A stretch of DNA of 64,000 bases from Opitutales bacterium (GTDB lineage Bacteria; Verrucomicrobiota; Verrucomicrobiia; Opitutales; JAFGAQ01), in NCBI GenBank assembly GCA_022361075.1, contig JAKSBQ010000390.1, forward strand, positions 10,079 to 74,078, given 5' to 3'. Of this stretch, positions 19,200 to 28,172 are shown piece by piece. A program made the translations under genes and the position numbers. The notes below the pieces were generated by a model. That model ran no database searches, was not told the origin of the DNA, and was given only the letters and a program-made list of their open reading frames with translations. Each line of letters opens with the position of its first letter. The stretch's first letter is position 1.

Positions 19200-20075
19200 A
19201 TGAAGCCTTTCTTATTCATTTTACTGTTCTTTATCTCGGTGGGATCATTTAAGCTCCAGGCACAGACTATCTACCTGAAAGATGGGCAGGTCATTGAAAA
19301 CATAGACGGATTGAAGGAGTTTGATCAGATTTTTCTCTACGACAGAAACTCCAGAAGTATTTCAATCGCGAAAGATCGTATCCAGAAGGTCATTGATGCC
19401 AATGGAAACACAGTCTACGAGTTTCTCCTGCAAACCATGGAGGAATTTGAGGCCTCAGACGGAATCCAAGCTTTCGGATTTCAAGTCAATGGAGAGTCAA
19501 TAGGCTCCGGCAGATGGATTAAAGAAGGCCAGTTTCAAATTCTCAGCGGCTCCATTCCGGATGGGATTTACGAAGAGTTTTACCCTTCTGGGAGAATCAA
19601 ACGCACTTATCAAATTCAAAATGGTCAGCTCAACGGGGTCTGCAAGGAACACTACGCTTCCGGAGTTGTCGAACGAGAGAGTACAATGGTGAACGGTCTT
19701 GAGAATGGCGTAAGCAAAAACTATCACCAAGACGGCACGCTCGAAGGTGAGGCAAATTTCGTGAATGGGCAAAAAGAAGGGGAAACCCGCCTCTACTACG
19801 AAAGCGGAGCCGTAAGTAACATCATGACTTTCTCCAACGGCATGCTAAACGGGACTGTTCAAGTCTTTTACGAATCCGGAGCGATCCACACGGAAGTCGA
19901 TTTTGTAGACGACCAACGACATGGAATTATTAAGCAGTTTTACGAAACAGGTGCAGAAATGATGATGGGAACCTACAATCGTGGAAAACTAGAAGGCGAA
20001 GTAGTCATCTACTACGAATCCGGTCGCGTAAAAAAACGCCAAACGTTTAGAAACGGACGTATTCTAAATAGTTAA
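19200..20075 (+). CDS. secreted MORN/YwqK-type repeat protein
   Basis: I moved the start to ATG 19200 (MKPFLFILLFFISVGSFKLQA signal peptide). It has tandem repeats of roughly 23 aa, such as YYESGAVSNIMTFSNGMLNG and FYESGAIHTEVDFVDDQRHG. Confidence 0.75.
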   Translation: MKPFLFILLFFISVGSFKLQAQTIYLKDGQVIENIDGLKEFDQIFLYDRNSRSISIAKDRIQKVIDANGNTVYEFLLQTMEEFEASDGIQAFGFQVNGESIGSGRWIKEGQFQILSGSIPDGIYEEFYPSGRIKRTYQIQNGQLNGVCKEHYASGVVERESTMVNGLENGVSKNYHQDGTLEGEANFVNGQKEGETRLYYESGAVSNIMTFSNGMLNGTVQVFYESGAIHTEVDFVDDQRHGIIKQFYETGAEMMMGTYNRGKLEGEVVIYYESGRVKKRQTFRNGRILNS

Positions 20076-20360
20076 ATTCACCTAGTGCGAGCAAAGGGAT
20101 TGGTAGCCTAACAGTGGAACATCCGGATTTGATCCTCTTATTCAAACGCTCTATCCATAGCCTTACACCGACTAGCGTTTAATCCGCTACCTTTGAATCG
20201 TTTTGTGAGATAGAGGGTCCGACTGCTCGGGCGTCCTTCAGTTTTGTAGTTTGAAACGCATTATTACCGCTTGGTGTAATTGACTGGTGCTCTGACGACA
20301 TCCGAAGTCTCACAAGCGTGCCGGCTTAATCTACCTCAACAATCCATATTCCCGTACATG

Positions 20361-20395
20361 AAAAAGCCACACCCTCGAACGGATGTGGCTTTTTT
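20361..20395. terminator. bidirectional intrinsic terminator
   Basis: AAAAA GCCACA CCCTCGAACGGA TGTGGC TTTTTT: a stem flanked by an A-run and a T-run. It lies 24 nt downstream of the stop of the minus-strand gene 20419..21972. Confidence 0.75.
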
Positions 20396-20418
20396 CAATA
20401 TGAAATCAGTCTTTTAAC

Positions 20419-21972
20419 TTAGTTGTAGAAGTTTGAAGACTCTTCCTCAGTAACCGGACGTTCAAGTTGATCACTGGTCACGTCTAGACGGAATCTCAAG
20501 TCTCCTGAACCAACTGCCTTAACTCGTATTGTCCACGTTGCTTTCGCATTTGGAGCTAGAGCAGGCAATGTTTCAAACACAACTTTGTCACCTTGGATAC
20601 CTGACTTAGAAGCACCGTCTGATTCGATGAATTCCATTTCAGGAGTCAACGAAGCTATAATGTTGATTCCAGTCGCTTCAAGAGAACCCGTGTTGGTCAC
20701 TTCAACAGTGTAAGTGATAAACTCACCAACCGGAACGGGGTCGTTGTCGTCCACTACCTCAACGAGAAGTGCTTCAATACCTTCAACGTCAGTGATCATC
20801 ACCGCTTGAACAGTGTCAGCAGATTTTGCCATCGCACGAGCTGTGGAGCGGGCAATCATGATGCGCTCACCCACGACGCGTGTGGATACTACCTTAGCTT
20901 GGCCTGGGTTCAGAGTTCCCACGTTCCAAACAACAGAGCGTCCTTCAGCAAGGCCACCCTGATCGGCGGAAGCGAGTGAAGTGCCATCAGCAAGAACTTG
21001 AGTGATCACCGTATCGTTAGCCACGCCGTCACCGATGTTCCTGATTTCGATGCTGTAAGGAATAATGTTTCCAACATAACGAAGGGTTGGAGAGTTGGCG
21101 TTGATCTCCAATTCAGGTTTAACCACTGAAGTTGAGAGAGTTGCTACAGCGGAAATGCCGTCGTCAGCAGTCGCACGAAGTTGAGTTTCGTAGACACCTG
21201 TTTCTACACCCTTAAGGTTAAGATCCACGTTTTTCATTTCGCCTGGAGCAAAATTACCCATTGGCAATTCGATGCGGCTCTTGCCATCTTCAGTTAGAAG
21301 ACCTTTCGGAAAGGTGTGCACCAAAACTGCATTGTTGATCGGAGCAGTTCCACTATTACGGAAGTTCACCGCCACAGGAATGATCTCTTCGATGAGATTC
21401 ACACTTGGGTTGTTAACCGCGAGTGAAAGCTCAGGCTGAATCGCGTTTGCAGCAAGCGCCAAAGATCCAAGACCGAAAGCAAGTGATGTGTCACCTGAGT
21501 AACGGAGAGAACCGGTGCGAAGTGACTTACCTTCGATAGTGATAGTTCTGGACTCACCAGGACCGAATCCGTCGATAGTCCAAAGCAAATTACCGTCACG
21601 CTCCTCTGGGTATGGTTCTGCAGAAACAAACTCAAGCGAAGCAGATAGGATTTCAGCATGAACAATCTTGTCCACAGTGAATGTGCTTTGGTTGGTGATG
21701 CGAACCACATAACTGATGGAGTCGCCAGGGCGTACTTCAGTCGGAACTTCACGCTCTACAAGAATGAATGCATCTTCAGGACGAGTAACATTCTCAGGGA
21801 ATCCCTGCCATGAGTAGCTTACATCATCTTGACGCTCATAGAAGTTGTCCTGTTTAACAGGAGCTTCTTCCACAGGCTCTTCAACAGGAGCCGGGGTTTC
21901 ACAACCCGTGAATAAAAGGGTCAGTCCGAGGACTGCGGCTAACGCGAGGGCGCTATTCTTAAATAGTTTCAT
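20419..21972 (-). CDS. lipoprotein with four DUF11-type beta-sandwich repeats, OmcB-like (paralog 1)
   Basis: The signal peptide has a lipobox (LLFTGC). Four repeats of about 100-110 aa carry recurring blocks such as VVWNVGTLNPGQAK and DPVPVGEFITYTVEVTNTGS. The C-terminus ends NFYN. It is colinear with the upstream paralog. The CDS itself is certain; the family assignment rests on memory of OmcB/DUF11. Confidence 0.6.
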   Translation of the reverse strand: MKLFKNSALALAAVLGLTLLFTGCETPAPVEEPVEEAPVKQDNFYERQDDVSYSWQGFPENVTRPEDAFILVEREVPTEVRPGDSISYVVRITNQSTFTVDKIVHAEILSASLEFVSAEPYPEERDGNLLWTIDGFGPGESRTITIEGKSLRTGSLRYSGDTSLAFGLGSLALAANAIQPELSLAVNNPSVNLIEEIIPVAVNFRNSGTAPINNAVLVHTFPKGLLTEDGKSRIELPMGNFAPGEMKNVDLNLKGVETGVYETQLRATADDGISAVATLSTSVVKPELEINANSPTLRYVGNIIPYSIEIRNIGDGVANDTVITQVLADGTSLASADQGGLAEGRSVVWNVGTLNPGQAKVVSTRVVGERIMIARSTARAMAKSADTVQAVMITDVEGIEALLVEVVDDNDPVPVGEFITYTVEVTNTGSLEATGINIIASLTPEMEFIESDGASKSGIQGDKVVFETLPALAPNAKATWTIRVKAVGSGDLRFRLDVTSDQLERPVTEEESSNFYN

Positions 21973-21995
21973 GCTTATTTCTCCTCGTATCTAAA

Positions 21996-23561
21996 TTAGT
22001 TGTAGAAATTGGTAGCTTCATTTTCCTCAACCGGCTCGGTAAGCTGGTCAGTTTCAACAACAGCGGTGAATCTCACGTCACCAGCCTTGCGGGCCTTGAT
22101 AACGATTCGCCATTCAGCAACCGCACCCGGCGCCAAAACAGGAACTGAATCGAAAACAACGGTGTTACCTTCAACCATTGCCTCAGCAGGTCCGGAAGCA
22201 CTCACGTACTCCATTCCTTCTTCGAGGATACATTTGAGTCGGATACCAGTGCCAGCCAAGCTTCCTTGGTTGTCCACCTGAACAACATATACTTCGTTGT
22301 CACCAACCGGAACAGGGTCATTGATGTCACCGAGGCGGAGTTTAATCGCTGCAACACCTTGAACGTCAGTTACCATGATACCTTCAACTGAGTCAGCCGC
22401 GTGTGCGTCGGCAACTGCAGAAGTGCGAACGGTCATGATGTTGTCGGTAGCAACTCTTGAAGTCACATTCTTAGTCTCACCAGGGAGTAGGCTACCGATG
22501 TTCCATACCACTGTGTTGTCTTGCAGCGCACCACCTTCATCAGCGGTCCTGAATTCTGTTCCAGCCGCAAGGTATTGAGTGAGAACAGTATTCCTCGCTT
22601 GTCCGTCCCCGTTATTGGTTACGGCGATCTCACTGACAATTGTGTTTCCTACAAAACGCATGGTTGGAGCTTGAGCCACGATAGAAAGACTTGGTTTCAA
22701 CACATCAGTTTCAAGAACCGCATTTGCAGTGATTCCATCACGCGCTGTGGCAAGCATATCAACTTGATAGCTACCAGTTGAAGTAGAGAGAAGCGCGATA
22801 TCGAAAATCTTAATGTCCCCTGGGAACAGGTTTCCAATGTTCAAATCGAAACGATCTTGGTTATCATCGGTCAAAAGACCATCTGGAAGCACTTGAGAGA
22901 GGTAGGCATCGTAAACTGGAGCACTTCCAGAGTTACGGAAAGTGAGTTTCACAGGAACCACATCACCAATGATACTGTCCGCCGGAGCTTCAACAATGAA
23001 CCCCAGTTTCGGCTCAACCACGCTTGTGATCGATGTTAAAGGTCCGATTCCAAAATCAAGGTTCGTATCGTTCATGTGATTGACTTCACCAGGACCAGCA
23101 GTCGAACCGGTTACGGTAATCACCTCAACTTGACGTGGGGCCAATGCATCAAACTCAAACCTCAAAAATGCGTCACGAACTTCAGGCTCAGGAGAGGCTG
23201 AAGAGTAGCTGAAGTTAGATGGAATGCGTTCGGTCAATACCACTTTATCAATTTGAAAAGAGGAATTGTTGGTGACCATGATTTTGTAGGTATACTCGAT
23301 TCCCGGACGAACTTCTCTGGGAACTTCTTTACTTACTAGAATCATGGTTTCTTCGGGGGTATTGGCTGTTAGCGGAAAGCCTTGCCAGTCCGAATTCGTG
23401 TTCTGCTGAATCGATTCAGGAGAACTGATTACTTGAGAGCTGCCTGATGCACTGTCGTCACCAACCAACTGACCCATAAGGGCAATTGGACTCAACAGCG
23501 AGAAACAAAGGACCGCTACCTTCGGCAGATAGGTCCAAGGTCTGGATGTTTTTGATTTCAT
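21996..23561 (-). CDS. secreted protein with four DUF11-type repeats, OmcB-like (paralog 2)
   Basis: Type I-like signal peptide. It is colinear with 20419..21972 (VVWNIGSLLPGETK, DPVPVGDNEVYVVQVDNQGS, GNTVVFDSVPVLAPG, C-terminal TNFYN). A 23-nt spacer separates it from paralog 1. Confidence 0.6.
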   Translation of the reverse strand: MKSKTSRPWTYLPKVAVLCFSLLSPIALMGQLVGDDSASGSSQVISSPESIQQNTNSDWQGFPLTANTPEETMILVSKEVPREVRPGIEYTYKIMVTNNSSFQIDKVVLTERIPSNFSYSSASPEPEVRDAFLRFEFDALAPRQVEVITVTGSTAGPGEVNHMNDTNLDFGIGPLTSITSVVEPKLGFIVEAPADSIIGDVVPVKLTFRNSGSAPVYDAYLSQVLPDGLLTDDNQDRFDLNIGNLFPGDIKIFDIALLSTSTGSYQVDMLATARDGITANAVLETDVLKPSLSIVAQAPTMRFVGNTIVSEIAVTNNGDGQARNTVLTQYLAAGTEFRTADEGGALQDNTVVWNIGSLLPGETKNVTSRVATDNIMTVRTSAVADAHAADSVEGIMVTDVQGVAAIKLRLGDINDPVPVGDNEVYVVQVDNQGSLAGTGIRLKCILEEGMEYVSASGPAEAMVEGNTVVFDSVPVLAPGAVAEWRIVIKARKAGDVRFTAVVETDQLTEPVEENEATNFYN

Positions 23562-23750
23562 ATCTACTCGGATTTGAGAATGATTAGTCGGGTTTAGTTA
23601 CGAATTGAACCGAAGGATGCAGTTTTAAGTCTCACGAAACTGAAAGCAACTGTTTTAGCGGGATAAAAAGGTATATTTTTATGATTCTGCATCAATTATT
23701 TACCCAATTTGCGGCCTTATTGCAGAAAAATATTTTTTTCTACGAATTGA

Positions 23751-23779
23751 TTGACTTGGAGCAGCATGTTCCTTTTCAT
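23751..23779 (+). promoter_or_regulatory. candidate sigma70-type promoter for tRNA-Tyr
   Basis: TTGACT (23751-23756), then a 17-nt spacer, then TTTCAT (23774-23779). An A/T-rich tract (AAAAATATTTTTTTC) lies upstream. The tRNA 5' end is 19 nt downstream. The -10 element is weak. Confidence 0.3.
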
Positions 23780-23797
23780 CACGTTTTTGGTCTAGAT

Positions 23798-23885
23798 GGT
23801 GGGATATCCAAGTTGGCCAAAGGACTCTGACTGTAAATCAGCCGGGCTCAGCCCTTCGGGGGTTCGAATCCCTCTCCCACCACCA
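23798..23885 (+). tRNA. tRNA-Tyr (anticodon GTA), class II with long variable arm, CCA encoded
   Basis: Hand-folded. Acceptor GGTGGGA/TCCCACC, anticodon loop CTGTAAA, variable arm CGGGCTCAGCCCTTCGG, T-arm GGGGG-TTCGAAT-CCCTC, 3' ACCA. It is nearly colinear with E. coli tRNA-Tyr as I remember it. There is one U-C mismatch at 27:43. Confidence 0.93.
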
Positions 23886-23897
23886 TCACTTTATAGA

Positions 23898-23936
23898 AAA
23901 AGACACTATCCCTTCGGAAAGTGTCTTTCGTTTTTT
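23898..23936. terminator. bidirectional intrinsic terminator (tRNA-Tyr / gltA)
   Basis: AAAGACACT ATCCCTTCGGAA AGTGTCTTT CG TTTTTT. The reverse strand also ends in TTTTTCT. It lies between the tRNA 3' end and the gltA stop. Confidence 0.75.
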
Positions 23937-23983
23937 AAAGATCATACATCCGCCAAATGTTAAGCGGACAGAGTTTCCACAAC

Positions 23984-25273
23984 CTATCGTTCAGCCAACG
24001 GAACGTAATTTCTCAGATTTGGGCCTGTGTAGATTTGCCGCGGACGATGGATACGAGACTGGGTGTTGGACGCGATCTCCTTCCAATTTGCAATCCATCC
24101 TGGTAGACGACCAATCGCAAACATCACAGTGAACATGTCTACAGGAATACCTGCTGCCTTAAGAATGATACCGCTGTAGAAGTCTACATTGGGATACAAC
24201 TTGCGCTCGATGAAATATTCGTCGTTCAGGGCTGCTTCCTCAAGATTGTGGGCAATGTCGAGCAACGGATCACTCACCCCCAATTTGCCGAGCACCTTAT
24301 CCACGGTCTCACCAATAATCTTCGCGCGTGGATCGTAATTCTTGTAAACACGGTGGCCGAATCCCATAAGCTTGGCTTTTCCGGCTTTAGCTTCTTCGAT
24401 AAATTTCTTTCCGTCATCTCCAGACGCATGGATTTGCTGAAGCATGCGAACTACCGCTGCATTTGCTCCACCGTGAAGCGGTCCCCAAAGCGCACACACA
24501 CCTGCAGCAACTGACGCAAACAGATTTGCACCACTGGATGCCACCATACGAACGGTCGAAGTCGAACAGTTTTGCTCGTGATCCGCATGGAGTAATAGGA
24601 AGAGGTCCAGCGCATCGGCTAGTCCTGCTTTATCTTCAAAAAGCTTGTAAGGTTCAGAAAACATCATGTGAAGGAAATTTTCCGCATAGCGTAAGTCCTC
24701 ACGTGGATGAACAAATGGTAAACCTACTTCTTTTCGATAGGCCATTGCTGCGATGGTGCGGACCTTGGAAATAAGCAGAGCAGCTGCGTCGTCAAAAAAC
24801 TCAAGATCCTGCTCACGGTTATTTGAAGCCATCTGTGGATAGTAACAACCCAACACATTCAACATGGACGACAGGATCGCCATTGGTCGAGCATTGGCCG
24901 AAAGACCGTCAAACGTGGTGTGCATGTTGGTGTGAATCACCGCATTGCTTGAAATCTTCGATTTGAAGGCTCTTAACTCAGTCTCAGTCGGAAGTTCACC
25001 GTAAATGATCAGATATGACGTTTCCAGAAACGTGGAATTTTTGGCAAGATCCTCGATCGAGTATCCCCTGTTACGAAGAATCCCTTTTTCACCATCGATG
25101 TAAGTGATAGAACTCTCACAGGAACCTGTGTTTCCGTATCCTTCATCAAATGTTATATATCCCGTCTCAGCACGAAGCTTTCTGAGGTCAACGGCGTTCT
25201 CGTTTTCAGTGCCTGTTATGATGGGATAAGTGAAGGATTTATCACCAATATTAATAGTAGCAGTGTTGTCCAT
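23984..25273 (-). CDS. gltA: citrate synthase (type II)
   Basis: 429 aa with [27 protein letters not shown] and [15 protein letters not shown] motifs. Confidence 0.93.
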   Translation of the reverse strand: MDNTATINIGDKSFTYPIITGTENENAVDLRKLRAETGYITFDEGYGNTGSCESSITYIDGEKGILRNRGYSIEDLAKNSTFLETSYLIIYGELPTETELRAFKSKISSNAVIHTNMHTTFDGLSANARPMAILSSMLNVLGCYYPQMASNNREQDLEFFDDAAALLISKVRTIAAMAYRKEVGLPFVHPREDLRYAENFLHMMFSEPYKLFEDKAGLADALDLFLLLHADHEQNCSTSTVRMVASSGANLFASVAAGVCALWGPLHGGANAAVVRMLQQIHASGDDGKKFIEEAKAGKAKLMGFGHRVYKNYDPRAKIIGETVDKVLGKLGVSDPLLDIAHNLEEAALNDEYFIERKLYPNVDFYSGIILKAAGIPVDMFTVMFAIGRLPGWIANWKEIASNTQSRIHRPRQIYTGPNLRNYVPLAER

Positions 25274-25326
25274 AAGTGTTATTCGCTCCCTGGCAAATTA
25301 AGATCAAATTGGATAAAGATTGAGAC

Positions 25327-25944
25327 TCACACATTCAAAAAGTTTTCATAAATTTGCAAACCGATTGCCTGACTTTTTTCTGGGTGAAATTGGGTAGCGA
25401 AGGTCCTCCCGCTACTGACCGCGCTCACGAAAGTATCACCGTGTGTCGTCTCTCCCCAAGCGATTGATAGGTCACTGGGTATGACATAATAACTGTGATC
25501 AAAATAGAACTGATGTTGGTCCGAACGGATCAGTTCCAAGTCCATAGGACCGTTGGTGGGTGTAAACTTCACCGCATTCCATCCCATGTGGGGGATTTTG
25601 TACTCGTGGGGCAGGTTAAACCTCTCCGCTTTTCCGGAAAAAACGCCTAGTCCTTTGGCATCATTTTCTTCGGATGCCTCGAACAATGCCTGAAATCCTA
25701 AGCACACACCCAGAAACGGTTTTTCGGAGGCGATCCAATCCCTGATCCAATCGCAAAAGCCTCTCTCTTCAAGGCCTTTCATGCAATCTCCCAGGCTACC
25801 CACACCCGGCAAGACCAATCGCTCAAATCGGCTCCCTTCGTCGGGTTGGCTGATAATCGCAACCTGCGCACCTACTTTCTCGAAAGCTTTCGATACCGAG
25901 TGCAGGTTTCCCATCCCGTAGTCGATAATCGCTACCGATGTCAT
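25327..25944 (-). CDS. hisH: imidazole glycerol phosphate synthase, glutamine amidotransferase subunit
   Basis: [25 protein letters not shown] and FHPEKS motifs. Confidence 0.92.
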   Translation of the reverse strand: MTSVAIIDYGMGNLHSVSKAFEKVGAQVAIISQPDEGSRFERLVLPGVGSLGDCMKGLEERGFCDWIRDWIASEKPFLGVCLGFQALFEASEENDAKGLGVFSGKAERFNLPHEYKIPHMGWNAVKFTPTNGPMDLELIRSDQHQFYFDHSYYVIPSDLSIAWGETTHGDTFVSAVSSGRTFATQFHPEKSQAIGLQIYENFLNV

Positions 25945-26537
25945 AACTTGCCTTTGGTCGACGGTAAACTTCCACGCTGGCGGTCATCTACACGAGTTGC
26001 TTGATCCATCACTCGAGCAAAAGCCTTGAATTGCGCCTCCGCAATGTGGTGTGGCTCGTCACCATACCGCAAGTTGAAGTGCAAATTCGCTCCGACCGCA
26101 TTCACAAACCCTTGGAAAAACTCCCTGAAAAGCATCGTATTGAAATCTCTGACAAAACGAACGTCGTACTTCACGTTATAAGCAAGGTAAGCTCGATTGC
26201 TCAGATCGATTGCACAAGCCATCAAAGTCTCGTCCATCGGTAGTTCGATCGATCCATAGCGGCAAATTCCTAATTTTTCTCCGAGGGCTTCCTTGAAGAC
26301 TTCGCCAAGTGAGATTCCCAAATCTTCAACCAAGTGGTGATAATCTACTTCAACGTCGCCCGTCGCTTTGACTTCCAGATCAAACAACCCGTGGCGACAA
26401 AATAAAGTCAGCATGTGATCGACGAAGGGCACTCCACACTCGCCGGAGTATTTCCCTTCTCCATCAATGTTCAGAGTCAGAACAATCTGCGTTTCTTTCG
26501 TATTTCTCTCTACTTCTGCTGTTCTCGATTCACCCAT
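25941..26537 (-). CDS. hisB: imidazoleglycerol-phosphate dehydratase
   Basis: [19 protein letters not shown] and [18 protein letters not shown] motifs. It overlaps hisH by 4 nt. Confidence 0.92.
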   Translation of the reverse strand: MGESRTAEVERNTKETQIVLTLNIDGEGKYSGECGVPFVDHMLTLFCRHGLFDLEVKATGDVEVDYHHLVEDLGISLGEVFKEALGEKLGICRYGSIELPMDETLMACAIDLSNRAYLAYNVKYDVRFVRDFNTMLFREFFQGFVNAVGANLHFNLRYGDEPHHIAEAQFKAFARVMDQATRVDDRQRGSLPSTKGKL

Positions 26538-27619
26538 TTTTCTATTAGATTACAAACTGTTTCCATCTGTGCGGCGGTGCCGATGGACATCCTTAGTCCG
26601 CTTTCAACGAGGGAATGGTTGGGAAAATACCTCAGTAATACTTTTTGCTCAACCAGAAACGAAAAGAGGCTTTTTGCCGTCGCGGGACTAGGTTCCCCAC
26701 CCATCAACGACGGGTAAAAGAATAAGAAATTCGTCGAGGATGGAACACATTTCCACTTCAATTTCTCACTCAAGAACATACAAAGCTTTTCCCTGGTCTC
26801 CACGAGTTCATTCACTTTTTGAGAGTAGTAGGAAGTATCTCGAATCGCAGCTTCAGCCGCCAGTTGCGAGAGGTGATTCACGTTGTAAACGTCTCTTATC
26901 AAATGCAAAACGTTTACCGCTTCAGGAGCTCCGATCGCATAGCCCACCCGCATTCCTGCTAAGCCAAAGGTCTTCGAAAAACTGCGCACAACCATCACAT
27001 TCGGGTACTCCGAGATCAAGTCAATCGCTGTCCAGTCCGAGAATTCTGCGTAAGTCTCATCCAAAACTACAATCCCTTCACGCCGTCCTAAAACCTCCGC
27101 GAGCTCGGCTTTGCTGAACGCACGACCAGAAGGGGCATTCGGTGATGTGAAAATGAAAACCTTCGACTCATCAGCGATTAACGCTTCGACCGGAAATGCA
27201 AAGTCCGCCTCGTATTCCACATGATTGAGCTTCGCTCCGTGATTTTTGATCAAGGTTTGATAAAGGGAGTAACTCGGGTTGAGCATACCGATGCTCTCGC
27301 CAGGCTCAGTGAAACCACGAATGCAACAGTTGAGTGCATCGTCACAACCATTGAAAATCACCACTTGCTCTGCTGACACACCATGATACTCACCAATCGC
27401 TTCCCGGAGAGATTCTCCCGTTGGATTCGGGTAAAGCCTCAGCCGATCAACCCCAAGCTGAATCGCCTCCAGAACCCTCGGACTTGGAGCGTAAGGAAAT
27501 TCGTTAGTGTTCAGCTTAATCCAATCCGAAGTGTTTCGTTGCTCACCTGGGGTGTAAGGAGTGCCTTTCTGCATCCTTTCGGGAATCCATTTCTCCCAAT
27601 CAAAATTCTCCATGCTCAT
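26510..27619 (-). CDS. hisC: histidinol-phosphate aminotransferase (copy in his cluster)
   Basis: Class II aminotransferase pattern: [23 protein letters not shown] and [15 protein letters not shown] (PLP-Lys). It lies immediately upstream of hisB. Confidence 0.8.
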   Translation of the reverse strand: MSMENFDWEKWIPERMQKGTPYTPGEQRNTSDWIKLNTNEFPYAPSPRVLEAIQLGVDRLRLYPNPTGESLREAIGEYHGVSAEQVVIFNGCDDALNCCIRGFTEPGESIGMLNPSYSLYQTLIKNHGAKLNHVEYEADFAFPVEALIADESKVFIFTSPNAPSGRAFSKAELAEVLGRREGIVVLDETYAEFSDWTAIDLISEYPNVMVVRSFSKTFGLAGMRVGYAIGAPEAVNVLHLIRDVYNVNHLSQLAAEAAIRDTSYYSQKVNELVETREKLCMFLSEKLKWKCVPSSTNFLFFYPSLMGGEPSPATAKSLFSFLVEQKVLLRYFPNHSLVESGLRMSIGTAAQMETVCNLIEKWVNREQQK

Positions 27620-28032
27620 GATGTTGTCGAACTAGAGATCGGGCCCGATTCCGGCTCGAAGGGTTTCAACAGGGCTTCCTTAAGATCGAATCCCTCACTG
27701 AAGTCATTGATGTCGTCCCTGTCATTTTTTCCTAAAATTCCAACTTCGATCAGATTGAAAACGATGTCTCCAAAATCCGAACTTTGCCGAATACCCCAGT
27801 GTTCAAACACTGTAAATGCCATAGGTCCAAATTGTTCCAAGGCAAACTTCCTAATACCCTCCAGCAACTCCTGACCTGACACGTGACGGCTCGCGCCCTC
27901 CGCATTCTCTTTCTCAAGACTTTTCAGTGTGTAGTCCAACGCACTCCTAATAAAATAATAGGAGCCTTTTCCATATCTGGGATCTTTTAAACACACCCCA
28001 TCAATAATTTCACTGAAACTTAGTTCCGCCAT
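27616..28032 (-). CDS. conserved hypothetical protein (resembles the Verrucomicrobia/Planctomycetes-restricted Minf_1886-type family, from memory)
   Basis: 138-aa ORF whose stop overlaps the hisC ATG (ATGA). It has no catalytic motif I recognise. The C-terminal tail is acidic/Ser-rich. Confidence 0.5.
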   Translation of the reverse strand: MAELSFSEIIDGVCLKDPRYGKGSYYFIRSALDYTLKSLEKENAEGASRHVSGQELLEGIRKFALEQFGPMAFTVFEHWGIRQSSDFGDIVFNLIEVGILGKNDRDDINDFSEGFDLKEALLKPFEPESGPISSSTTS

Positions 28033-28172
28033 TTTGGTGTTCCTAAACGCATCTTGCCAGGATTTGTCCTATGCAAAAAATACATTTTCGCTTACCAGAA
28101 CACTCTCAAACACCACGATTTTTCAACGTAAAAATCAACTAGGCGTCCAACCCATCAACTCGTAACAATTGC

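Noticed and set aside
20179-20301. A 40-codon ORF on the minus strand (MSSEHQSITPSGNNAFQTTKLKDARAVGPSISQNDSKVAD) in the 20.1-20.4 kb intergenic region.
   Set aside because: It is hydrophilic and low-information, with no supporting context. Its own transcription would run into the 3' end of the convergent plus-strand gene. I kept it only as a note under the intergenic finding.
20200-20330. RNase P RNA-like snippets (AGAGGGTCCGAC and GCCGGCTTAAT) in the long intergenic region.
   Set aside because: They only loosely resemble the GAGGAAAGTCCGGGC and CCCGGCTTA conserved regions. They are about 110 nt apart rather than about 300 nt, and the other conserved regions are absent.
23562-23984. A genomic island or integrated element at tRNA-Tyr.
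   Set aside because: There is no integrase, and I found no repeat of the tRNA 3' end by eye. The flanking genes (OmcB-like pair and gltA) look like resident chromosomal genes of similar composition.
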